The position numbers were made by a program, and so were the translations under genes. Shown in pieces: positions 1 through 8,674 of a stretch of DNA of 64,000 nucleotides. The notes beneath the pieces were generated by a model. The model made no database searches. It saw only the letters and a program-made list of their open reading frames with translations, and had not been told where the DNA came from. The first letter of the stretch is position 1. Each line of letters begins with the position of its first letter. The DNA is from an uncultured bacterium (GTDB taxonomy: Bacteria > Planctomycetota > UBA1135 > GCA-002686595), in contig CALSNU010000001.1 of assembly GCA_943787795.1 (NCBI GenBank), forward strand, positions 608,001-672,000, given 5' to 3'.

Positions 1-794
1 GGTTCGCGAAGGGGGACCACGTGCTCCTGCAGCCTGGGTTCACCCATGAAGAGGGCGCCGAGACGCTCGCTGGCCTCGACCACCTCGCGCCGGACTATGG
101 CATCCGTGGAGAACACGCGCCGGGCTTCGCGGCCGAGTTTGTCTGCCTCCCCGCGAGGTACCTGACGCCACTCCCGGCGGGGGTCGATCTCGTGGAGGCC
201 GCGGCCCTGCCCCTCGTCTTCCTGACGGCCTGGGGGATGCTGGTGACCCGTGCTGAGGTCCGGGCGGCCGAGCAGGTGCTCGTCATCGGTGCGGCCTCTG
301 GCGTCGGTTCAGCGGCCATCCAGCTGGCGCGGACCCTCGGCTGCCGCGTGGCGGCCACGGCCGGCTCGGAGGAGAAGCGGTCGCTCGGGTTGGCCCTGGG
401 TGCCGAGGAGGTCTTCGACCATGGCGATCCCGAGTGGAGCCGCGCCGCCAAGGCCTTCTCGGAGGGAGGCTTCGACGTCGTCATCGAGCACGTCGGGCCT
501 GCCACCTGGGACAGCTCCATGCGGCTCCTGGGGCGCCGCGGCCGGTTGGTGACGTGCGGCGGCACCACCGGTCCAAAGGTGAGCTTGACGCTCCCGCACC
601 TTTTCATGAAGAACCAGTCTGTGCTGGGCTCCACCATGGGCCCAAGTTCAGCGCTCCCCGAGATCCTCTCGGGCGTCGAGCGCGGAGCGCTGCGGCCCGT
701 CCTGGATCGCTCGCTGCCCGTGGAGTCCGTCCGCCAAGCCCACCAGCTGCTCGAGGACCGTGAGGTCGTCGGCAAGCTCGTCCTGACCTTCTGA
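1..794 (+). CDS. MDR-family zinc-binding dehydrogenase / quinone oxidoreductase (5' truncated by window edge)
   Basis: AAALPLVFLTAW, GAASGVG nucleotide-binding motif, C-terminal GKLVL. The frame is open upstream of 21, so the gene probably starts before the window. Confidence 0.85.
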   Translation, partial: FAKGDHVLLQPGFTHEEGAETLAGLDHLAPDYGIRGEHAPGFAAEFVCLPARYLTPLPAGVDLVEAAALPLVFLTAWGMLVTRAEVRAAEQVLVIGAASGVGSAAIQLARTLGCRVAATAGSEEKRSLGLALGAEEVFDHGDPEWSRAAKAFSEGGFDVVIEHVGPATWDSSMRLLGRRGRLVTCGGTTGPKVSLTLPHLFMKNQSVLGSTMGPSSALPEILSGVERGALRPVLDRSLPVESVRQAHQLLEDREVVGKLVLTF

Positions 795-812
795 TTCGTC
801 ACATCAACCCCC

Positions 813-1697
813 ATGTCTGATCAAGACCTCGCCGCATCCATCCAGCGCGCTGCCGTCCTCGGCGCCGGCACGATGGGACACGGCATCGCCCAGGTGCTCG
901 CCATGAGCGGCATCGAGACCTGCCTCTTCGACATCTCGGAGGAGGCGGTCGCCGACGGCCTTGCGAAGATCGCGGGGAACCTCGACAAGGGCGTGGCCCG
1001 CGGGAAGGTGAGCGAGGAGGACAAGGCGGGCGCGGTCGCGCGGCTCTCCGGCGCCGTCGATTTGGAGCGAGCCATCGAGGGCGTGCAGGTGGTGGTGGAA
1101 GCCGTCCCCGAGCGCATGGAACTCAAGCGTGACCTCTTCCGTCGGCTGGGCGCGGCTCTGGGGCCGGAGGTGCTGCTCGCGACGAACACCTCGTCGCTCT
1201 CCATCACCGAGATCGCCGACGCCACGGCGCATCCCGAGCGCGTCGTTGGCATGCACTTCTTCAACCCCGTACACATCATGAAGCTCGTGGAGGTGGTGCG
1301 CACCGAGCGCTCCTCTGACGAGGCGGCCGAGAAGGCGATCGCCCTCGCCCGGCGCATGGGCAAGGATCCGATTGACGTGCGTGACGCGCCGGGCTTCGCC
1401 TCGTCCCGGCTCGGGATCGCCATCGGTATGGAGGCCATCCGGATGGTGGAGGAGAACGTCGCCAGCGCCGAGGACATCGACAAGGCGATGGTGCTCGGAT
1501 ACGGCTTCCCCATGGGTCCCCTCAAGCTCACGGACCTGGTGGGCCTCGACGTGCGTCTGGCCATCGCGGAGTACCTCTCAGGAGAGCTCGGTGAGCGCTT
1601 CTCGCCGCCCGCGCTCCTGCGTGAGAAGGTGGCGAGAGGAGAGCTGGGTAAGAAGTCAGGGAAGGGCTTTTATGACTGGGAGGTGACCCGTGGTTGA
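813..1697 (+). CDS. hbd: 3-hydroxyacyl-CoA (3-hydroxybutyryl-CoA) dehydrogenase
   Basis: GAGTMGHGIA, EAVPE, ATNTSSLSI, GMHFFNP, PMGP, GKKSGKGFY motifs. Confidence 0.92.
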   Translation: MSDQDLAASIQRAAVLGAGTMGHGIAQVLAMSGIETCLFDISEEAVADGLAKIAGNLDKGVARGKVSEEDKAGAVARLSGAVDLERAIEGVQVVVEAVPERMELKRDLFRRLGAALGPEVLLATNTSSLSITEIADATAHPERVVGMHFFNPVHIMKLVEVVRTERSSDEAAEKAIALARRMGKDPIDVRDAPGFASSRLGIAIGMEAIRMVEENVASAEDIDKAMVLGYGFPMGPLKLTDLVGLDVRLAIAEYLSGELGERFSPPALLREKVARGELGKKSGKGFYDWEVTRG

Positions 1698-2562
1698 GGG
1701 AGACATCACCGCCGGCAGCGGCCGCTCCGGCGGTCCGCCTCGCTGGATGGTCCTGACGGGCTGCGGGTGCCTGCTGCCCGGCTTCCTGCTGGTGGCGACC
1801 ATCGCGTGGTCGATGCAGCTCTTCGGCCAGCTCATCAACAAGAGCGAGGCCTGGCGGGAGCTCGCGGAGCTGATCACCTACGACGAGGTCGCCCGCGGGG
1901 TCCCCACGGGTGAGGAGGACAACCCGAACACGCCCGTGGACGAGTCCAGGGAACCCGGAAAGTACGAGCTGCTGCTCGGCGGCGACATCCCCTTCTCTGG
2001 CGGTGTCGAGGCCTACTGGTTCGGGCGTTCGGTCCCCGGCCCCGAGCAGCGAGACCGCTCGTACGGCGAGGACGCCATGAGCGTGACCTTCCTCAAGCTC
2101 CCTTCGGATCAGTCCGATGCCGCGACCTCTGCGGCGCCGGGGACGCCGTCCCACGAGGACATGACGGTGGCGGTCCAGGGCGTCGTCCTCCGCGGCCGCC
2201 GGCTGCCGGAGATGATCAGCGATGAGATCTACTTCAAGATCTCGGGTCTCGAGGAGGTCCGCGGCGCGGGCGCTGCCGTCTGGCTCCGCGAGGACTTCAT
2301 CGTCCCCGAGGAGGACGGCGAGGAGTTCGATCTCATGCTCTTCTTCCAGCGACCTGGGTCAAGCCAGCCCATCACGGATGCGGACATCGTCGAGTTCCTG
2401 GAGCCCTTCCACGTGGCCGAACTTGTCGCGGAGGCCGAAGCCGAAAAGGCTGCTGCAGAAGAGGCCGCTGCAGGGAATGCCGCCGCAGAGAACGCCGCCG
2501 GCGCAATGGAGCCCGGCGAAGGTGATGCGCCTGCCGAGGGTGGGGACGGCGAGGACCGGTGA
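1690..2562 (+). CDS. hypothetical membrane-anchored protein with acidic Ala/Glu-rich tail
   Basis: N-terminal GCGC plus hydrophobic helix; overlaps the hbd stop; GC3-rich codons. Confidence 0.7.
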   Translation: MVEGDITAGSGRSGGPPRWMVLTGCGCLLPGFLLVATIAWSMQLFGQLINKSEAWRELAELITYDEVARGVPTGEEDNPNTPVDESREPGKYELLLGGDIPFSGGVEAYWFGRSVPGPEQRDRSYGEDAMSVTFLKLPSDQSDAATSAAPGTPSHEDMTVAVQGVVLRGRRLPEMISDEIYFKISGLEEVRGAGAAVWLREDFIVPEEDGEEFDLMLFFQRPGSSQPITDADIVEFLEPFHVAELVAEAEAEKAAAEEAAAGNAAAENAAGAMEPGEGDAPAEGGDGEDR

Positions 2563-3332
2563 CCGTCCTGGAGGAAGGTGGCGGGGAGCGCGCTCAGCTT
2601 CCGCAAGGCCAGGGCCCTGCGGAGGATCGCGCTTCAGCTCTGAGGGTGATCACGGTCGCCGGGCTCCTCCTGCTCCTTGCCGCGGCGGGCTCGCTCCTGC
2701 TCAGCTCCGGGGACGGGACGCTCGAGCCGGATGACTTCCTCGCCGAGGTCTTCGCGGGTGTGAGCCTGCCCCTCGAAGGGGGCCTCGAAGTGGACGAGGG
2801 CCGCCGGCTCCCGACGGGTGAGAGGTTCGTCCGCTTCGCAGCGTCGACGCCCGCCCCCGACGGGCCGGTGGAGCTCACGATCGTCGAGTTCCCCCGCGCC
2901 CGCGGCGAGGCGGTGCTCAAGGACCAGCTCACCGGCCTGAGCTTCGAGTCCAGCGGGATGAGATCGGGGGGGATGGGGTCCAGCGGTGGCCGCGGGGGTC
3001 AGGGGCGGCCTGGCGCCGGGGGGAGCCCCTGGGGAAAGAAGGAGCCCACCTACAAGCTGCGCGAGAAGGGGACGCTCCGCTGGCACGGGTTCGACGCGGA
3101 CTTCGCGCGGCTCTGGCACCCGGACAAGGCACCTGCTCGGGGCGGCGCCGACACGGAGCCTGGAGCAGGGTTCGGCGGGGGAGAGACGAGTGGCGGCTAC
3201 GAGACCATTCGGGTCAACCTCTCCACGGGTGGGCGCTGCCTGCTTGGCTATCTGCGCTTCCAGGAAGGCCACGCGCCGACTGGCGAACAGGCGGCTGCGA
3301 TCCTCGCGGGCCTCCGCCCCGTCGATCAGTAG
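2559..3332 (+). CDS. hypothetical membrane-anchored protein
   Basis: GTGA overlap with upstream gene; one TM helix; Gly-rich loops. Confidence 0.65.
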   Translation: MTVLEEGGGERAQLPQGQGPAEDRASALRVITVAGLLLLLAAAGSLLLSSGDGTLEPDDFLAEVFAGVSLPLEGGLEVDEGRRLPTGERFVRFAASTPAPDGPVELTIVEFPRARGEAVLKDQLTGLSFESSGMRSGGMGSSGGRGGQGRPGAGGSPWGKKEPTYKLREKGTLRWHGFDADFARLWHPDKAPARGGADTEPGAGFGGGETSGGYETIRVNLSTGGRCLLGYLRFQEGHAPTGEQAAAILAGLRPVDQ

Positions 3333-3358
3333 CCCGCGCGGCCGGACCGTCAGTGGCC

Positions 3359-3394
3359 GTCCACGGGGCCCTCCACGGGGCTGTCCACGGGGTT
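3359..3394. repeat. 3 x 12-bp tandem repeat (STCCACGGGGYY)
   Basis: gtccacggggcc / ctccacggggct / gtccacggggtt between convergent genes. Confidence 0.8.
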
Positions 3395-3490
3395 GCTCCC
3401 GGCGCGATCCCTCGAGCCTCCTCCCGATTCCGTGCCGCGAGGGGGCGCGACAGATGACGGGTGACAGGTGACCCTCGGCGGGCTGCAGGC

Positions 3491-4828
3491 TCAGCGCGGC
3501 CGGAGCGCCCGTTCGAGGACCTCGGCCAGGTGGAGGATCTCGACGCCCTTGCCGGACTTCCCGACGCCGATCTCCCACTGCTGATGGCATCCGGGGTTGG
3601 CGGTGACCAGGGTCTTCGCGCCGGTCTGTTCCAGGCTCTCCAGCTTGGGGTCGAGCACGTCGAGGGAGTCCTCGGGGCGAAGGACCGTGTAGATCCCGGC
3701 TGAGCCGCAGCAGGAGTCCGCGCCGGACATCTCCACGCGCTCGAGGCCAGGGACCAGGTCGAGGAGCTGGCGCGGCTGCTCGCGCACTCCCTGTCCGTGG
3801 CAGAGGTGGCAGGGATCGTCCCAGGTCACGGGTCCTTGGATTCCGTGACCGTCTGCGAGCCGCTCGCGGAGGCGGGGGATGGCCTCGGGCGAGGCGAGCT
3901 CCTCGGTCAGGTCCACGACGCGCGCCGCGAAGGAGGAGGCGCGCTCCCTCCACTCGGGGTCATTGGCGAGCAGGCGCCCGTACTCCTTCATGTGGGCCCC
4001 GCAGCCGGCGCTGTCGATGACCACGGGGGCAGAGCCGTCGACCTCGTTGAACTGGGAGATGGTCTTGCGGGCGAGCTCCTCGGCCTGGTCGAGCTCACCG
4101 TTGTGGGCGTGCAGCGCGCCGCAGCAGACGTGTTTGGGGACGGACCGGACCTCGCGTCCAGTGGCCGCGAGGACGTCGGTCATGGCACGATTCACCCGAC
4201 CGAAGAGCTCGGGCATGACGCAGCCATCCAGGACGAGCACGGTCCCGCGCGGCGGGCCCTCGGCAGGGGTCACCGGGGGCAGCGGGCGGCGCTCGCGGGC
4301 GCTCGGGACCCGCGGCATATGGCGGATGATCTGGCCTCGCAGCCCGAGGAGGGGGCTGACCAGGGCGTCGAGGCGCAGGAGTTGGACGGCGCGCAATCCC
4401 GCGGCAGCGAGCCGCAGGCCGGCGCGGCGCACTAGGATACCTCGGAAGCCAACCCAGCGCGCGAGGCGGGCAAGCAGGCCAGGGGGCCGGCGCTCCAGGA
4501 GCGCGCCGCGGCTGAACTCCATCATGGCGCCGAACTCGACGCCCGCCGGACAGACGCTCTCGCAGTGGCGGCAGACGAGGCAGAAATTCATCTCGTCCTC
4601 GAAGGTCGCGTCAGGCTCCGCGCGTCCTTCGGCCACGGCGCGCATCAGGTGGATGCGCCCGCGCGGGCTCGACGTCTCCAGGCCCGTGAGCTGATAGGTG
4701 GGGCAGGTGGTGAGACACAGGCCGCAGTGAATGCAGTCCAGCGCCCGCGCGTGGTCCACGAGCGTCTCGCGGCTCATGGGGTGGGGGCGTTCGTGGCCTG
4801 CGTCGGGGCTCGTGCTGGTGCTGGACAT
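3491..4828 (-). CDS. glcF: glycolate oxidase iron-sulfur subunit
   Basis: CIHCGLCLTTCP and CLVCRHCESVCP ferredoxin motifs, two CCG domains, ANPGC; downstream of glcDE. Confidence 0.9.
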   Translation of the reverse strand: MSSTSTSPDAGHERPHPMSRETLVDHARALDCIHCGLCLTTCPTYQLTGLETSSPRGRIHLMRAVAEGRAEPDATFEDEMNFCLVCRHCESVCPAGVEFGAMMEFSRGALLERRPPGLLARLARWVGFRGILVRRAGLRLAAAGLRAVQLLRLDALVSPLLGLRGQIIRHMPRVPSARERRPLPPVTPAEGPPRGTVLVLDGCVMPELFGRVNRAMTDVLAATGREVRSVPKHVCCGALHAHNGELDQAEELARKTISQFNEVDGSAPVVIDSAGCGAHMKEYGRLLANDPEWRERASSFAARVVDLTEELASPEAIPRLRERLADGHGIQGPVTWDDPCHLCHGQGVREQPRQLLDLVPGLERVEMSGADSCCGSAGIYTVLRPEDSLDVLDPKLESLEQTGAKTLVTANPGCHQQWEIGVGKSGKGVEILHLAEVLERALRPR

Positions 4829-4843
4829 GGCGTGCGTGACCGC

Positions 4844-6136
4844 TCAGGAGCGGGCCGGGAAGCCCTCGGTCTGGAAGAGCCCCGCGGGGTCGAAGGCCTC
4901 CACGAGCCGGCGGCTCCATTGTGAGGCTGGGCCAGTAGCGACGGTCGAGGTGCCCATCGTCGAGGTGGCGATCTTCGAGCGGAGGGACTCGGGGAGCGGT
5001 CCGCGGAGGCTCAGCTGGGCCTCGAGGAGGGCGGGCCACGACGAGGCGCTGGAGAGGCCGTCCAGGGGGAGGTCGACCTGCGCCACGCCGGGTTGAATGA
5101 CCGCGCCGGAGAGCTCGCCGAGCGATCCCTCGAGCGCCGCGACAACCGCCGCGACGCGGGATGGGACCGTGGACACTCGCACCGCGCTCCCCTGACCCTC
5201 GGCTCCATCGCCGGCCATGTGGAAGGCCTCGGCGCCGGGGCCAGGGTCGTGTTCCTCGAGGTTGGTGAGCAGCTCTTCGAGGCGCCGCCGGTCCGCCTCG
5301 ACCTGCCGGTCGCGGCCGGAGAGGAGGACGTGGACGACTCGATCTCGAACAAAGACCGCTTGCTCGCGGATCCGGGTGGCGCCGCGGATCGCGAGGGCTA
5401 GCTCGACGGCGGCGGTTGCGGAGGCACAGGCGCCGGAGGTGAGGTACTGCTCGGCCTCGGGGGCAGGCATCAGCCGCATGGACGCCTCGACGATGGGGCC
5501 GAAGATCCCGCGACCGCCCGCATGTAGCCGGTGGAGGTCAAAGCCCGTGACGTTCTTCACGAGCCGGCCTCCCGACCGCAGGTGGCGCCCCGTTCCGTCG
5601 ATCATGCGCATGCCGAGCAGGTGATGCTTGGTCGGTCCGAGGCTGTGTCGATCCAGCCCGGATCGACCTGCGGCCAGGACGCCACCGAGGGTGCAGGATC
5701 CGAAGACCGCCGGGGTGAGCCGGTGGCCACCCTCGGCGACCGTGGCCCGGAGGACCGCCACCTCGGCGCCCGCAAGGGCGGTCAGGGTGCCGTCTCCGGG
5801 GACGTACTCCACCACGCCGGTCGAGGATTCATCGCCCAGCAGCGCCCGCATGGAGAGCTGAAGGAAGTCCTTGGGGGACCGGCTCGCGTCCGGCCGGCAC
5901 CAGCTGAGCTGGCCGCCGCCGCCAAGGGGGACGAGGCGTACGGTGGACTGGCTGCTGCGGGTGGGCAGGGCGGACAGGGCGGAGATGAGGACTCCGAGAG
6001 AGGCCTCGGTTGCCGGCCGAACGGCCGGGCCGCCGCCCAGGCCGCCCGCCTCGTCGAGCACCACGCCCGCCTCAAGACAGGCGGCGCGAACGAGGTCCAG
6101 GTCCAGCGCACCGGTGTGCTTGAGCTCGGCGCTCAA
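4844..6136 (-). CDS. glcE: glycolate oxidase FAD-binding subunit
   Basis: TLGG, SGGRLVKNVTGFDL, C-terminal FDPAG; lies between glcD and glcF. Confidence 0.8.
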   Translation of the reverse strand: MSAELKHTGALDLDLVRAACLEAGVVLDEAGGLGGGPAVRPATEASLGVLISALSALPTRSSQSTVRLVPLGGGGQLSWCRPDASRSPKDFLQLSMRALLGDESSTGVVEYVPGDGTLTALAGAEVAVLRATVAEGGHRLTPAVFGSCTLGGVLAAGRSGLDRHSLGPTKHHLLGMRMIDGTGRHLRSGGRLVKNVTGFDLHRLHAGGRGIFGPIVEASMRLMPAPEAEQYLTSGACASATAAVELALAIRGATRIREQAVFVRDRVVHVLLSGRDRQVEADRRRLEELLTNLEEHDPGPGAEAFHMAGDGAEGQGSAVRVSTVPSRVAAVVAALEGSLGELSGAVIQPGVAQVDLPLDGLSSASSWPALLEAQLSLRGPLPESLRSKIATSTMGTSTVATGPASQWSRRLVEAFDPAGLFQTEGFPARS

Positions 6137-7602
6137 GACGCGTCCTCTGCCGGCTGGGCGTGGGTGGGGAGGGGGCGGGTGTGGATCTCTCTGCAGCCAC
6201 GCACGGGCAGCATCTTGCCGGGGTTCCAGAAGGCGTCGGGGTCAAAGGCGCCGCGCAGCTGATCCATGGCGGCGAGGTCGTCGTCGCTGAAGACCAGGCA
6301 CATCTCGTCCTGCTTCTCGAGCCCGATCCCGTGCTCACCAGTCAGGGAGCCGCCCGCCTCGACGCAGGCCTCCATGATGATCCGGCCGGCCTCGAGCACG
6401 CGCCGGACCTCGTCCGCGTCTCGCCGGTCGTAGGAGATGTTCGGGTGGAGGTTGCCATCGCCGGCGTGGAACACGTTGGCGAGCTTGAGGTCGCGTTCAC
6501 GGCAGGCCACGGTCGCCGCAGTGACGATCTCGCGCAGGCGGGTCCTGGGCGCCACAACGTCGGCGACGTACAGATCCGGGGCAATCCGACCCATCGCACC
6601 GAAGGCGCCCTTGCGGCCTGCCCAGAGCCGCTTGCGCTCAACGGGGTCGGTGGTCCTCCGCGTGTCGAAGGCTCCAAACTCGCGGGCGACCTCGATCACG
6701 TCGGCGCTCGTGGCGTCGACCTCCTCGTCGCCGCCCTCGACCTCGACGAGCATCACGGCCTCGGCGTTGTCGGGGTAGCCGGCGCGAAGGACGCTCGCCT
6801 CCACGGCCTCGATGGTCAGCCGGTCCAGGATCTCGATGGCCGAGGGCTCAAGTCGTCGAGCGATCATCTCGCTGACCGCGTCGCAGCAGTCATCGAGCGA
6901 CTCGAAGAGGCAGAGCAGCGTCTCAACCTTCTCGGGTCTCGGCAGCAGCTGTACTGTCACCTCGGTGACGAGGCCGAGCATGCCCTCGCTGCCGATGACC
7001 GGCCCGAGGAGATCAAGGCCTCCGTCGCCCGTGGCCCCCGGGCCGCCGAGCTCGATGACCTCTCCCTCGCTGTCGACCATGGTGAGGCCGAGCACATGCC
7101 GGTTCGTGGACCCGTACTTGAAGCCGTGGGGGCCACCGGAGTTGTTGCCCACGTTGCCGCCGATGGTGCAGGCCGTCTGGCTGGAGGGGTCTGGTCCATA
7201 GAAGAGCCCAACGTCGGCGCAGGCCGCGGTGAGGTGGACATTGACCACGCCGGCCTGGACCCGGGCGTAGCGGTCCTCAGCATTCACCTCGAGGACTCCT
7301 CGCATGCGAGCCGTCCCGACGATCGCCCCGTTCTCGACGGGGCGCGCTCCCCCGCTCAGGCCGGTCCCGGCGCCGCGCGGCACGACGACGAGGCCCGCGT
7401 CGCGAACGACCTTGATCGCGGCGGCAGCCTCCTCGGTTGTGCGGGGGAGGACGATGACCTCGGCGTTGGCACGCTGGAGCATGAACGCGTCGGACTCATA
7501 GGCGGCGCGCGCGGTGGCGTCGGTGCGCACGCCCTTCTTGCCCACGATCCGCTCGAGCTCGGCCAGGTGCTGACGCGAGAGCTGCTTCCTGCCGCTGCCC
7601 AT
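6133..7602 (-). CDS. glcD: glycolate oxidase FAD-linked subunit
   Basis: PRGAGTGLSGGA, PDPSSQ, HAGDGNLHP, GEHGIG, NPGK. Confidence 0.92.
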   Translation of the reverse strand: MGSGRKQLSRQHLAELERIVGKKGVRTDATARAAYESDAFMLQRANAEVIVLPRTTEEAAAAIKVVRDAGLVVVPRGAGTGLSGGARPVENGAIVGTARMRGVLEVNAEDRYARVQAGVVNVHLTAACADVGLFYGPDPSSQTACTIGGNVGNNSGGPHGFKYGSTNRHVLGLTMVDSEGEVIELGGPGATGDGGLDLLGPVIGSEGMLGLVTEVTVQLLPRPEKVETLLCLFESLDDCCDAVSEMIARRLEPSAIEILDRLTIEAVEASVLRAGYPDNAEAVMLVEVEGGDEEVDATSADVIEVAREFGAFDTRRTTDPVERKRLWAGRKGAFGAMGRIAPDLYVADVVAPRTRLREIVTAATVACRERDLKLANVFHAGDGNLHPNISYDRRDADEVRRVLEAGRIIMEACVEAGGSLTGEHGIGLEKQDEMCLVFSDDDLAAMDQLRGAFDPDAFWNPGKMLPVRGCREIHTRPLPTHAQPAEDAS

Positions 7603-7695
7603 GGGTGAGATCTTAGGCCAAGGCGCAGCGCTAGCGAGCCCCTCGCAGCCCGAAGGCTTCAGGCCAGGAGCCCCCGTCCGAGCGCAGGACCGGTC

Positions 7696-8664
7696 TCAGT
7701 TGCCCGGCCGGCCCCGCGGCGCAGCGCCAGTGAGGCTCAGCCGAGCGGCGCCGATCCAGCCCGCGTCGGAACCAAGCGTCGCAGGCTCGACCCGCGTGGA
7801 CCCGCTCCCGTAGCGCTGCTCCGCCAGGAGCTCCTCGGTGCCAGGGCGCAGCACGTCGAGGGCGGCCCCGAACCCTCCACCGATGACAAAGAACGAGATG
7901 TCAAAGAGCGTCACGAGGGTCGAGAGGCCGGATCCGAGGTCGCGGCCGATCTCGTGCATGAGGCGCCGCTCCGGGCCGTCCGCGTCGCGGGCGGCCTGTG
8001 CCAGCACCGGCAGGTCGTCGTCGAGTCCCGCGGCCCGCGCGCGACGCTTGGCCGCGCTCGCCGAGACCAGCCGTTCCAGGCAGCCATAGGAGCCGCAGGG
8101 GCAGGCGAGCTCTTCGTGATAGGCGCCGTCGTAGTAGCTCCCGCTCGGCTTCGGGAAGATCACCGTGTGCCCGATCTCTCCAGCGTTGCCGCCGGGTCCG
8201 ACGAACAGCTCGTCAGCGAGCACGATGCCCCCGCCGACGCCGGTCCCAAGGGTCAGGAGAGCCATGCTGTCCTCCGTCCGGCCTGCGCCGAGCCATTGCT
8301 CCCCGAACGCGGCGACGTTCGCGTCGTTCTCCACGAGGACCTCTCGGCCCTCGAGGCCGCGCGCGACGCCCTCGGAGAGGCTCTCTCCCACGAGGTTGGG
8401 CATGTTGGCGCTCGCCAGCACCGTCCCGGTCGGCCGATCAAAGAGGCCCGCGCACCCGACGCCGATTCGTTGAGCCCTGCCGCCCGCCGCGCTCTCGAGC
8501 TCGAGCACCAGCTCCGCCGCACGGGAGAAGATCACGTCGGCCGGGACGTCCGCCGCGAAGGGCCGCAGCGCGCGCGCGAGCACCTCGCCGCTGGAGGCGT
8601 TCACCGCCCCTCCCTTGATCGACATCCCCCCGAAGTCGAGCCCGATCAGTAGCTGGTCCGCCAT
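7696..8664 (-). CDS. ROK-family sugar kinase (glucokinase-like)
   Basis: GLDFGG, ENDAN, LGTGVGGG, AGEIGH, CPCGSYGCLE zinc motif. Confidence 0.9.
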   Translation of the reverse strand: MADQLLIGLDFGGMSIKGGAVNASSGEVLARALRPFAADVPADVIFSRAAELVLELESAAGGRAQRIGVGCAGLFDRPTGTVLASANMPNLVGESLSEGVARGLEGREVLVENDANVAAFGEQWLGAGRTEDSMALLTLGTGVGGGIVLADELFVGPGGNAGEIGHTVIFPKPSGSYYDGAYHEELACPCGSYGCLERLVSASAAKRRARAAGLDDDLPVLAQAARDADGPERRLMHEIGRDLGSGLSTLVTLFDISFFVIGGGFGAALDVLRPGTEELLAEQRYGSGSTRVEPATLGSDAGWIGAARLSLTGAAPRGRPGN

Positions 8665-8674
8665 CGGGAACTGC

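Noticed and set aside
2430..2510. Ala-rich 15-bp quasi-repeats
   Set aside because: A low-complexity protein tail, explained by the CDS.
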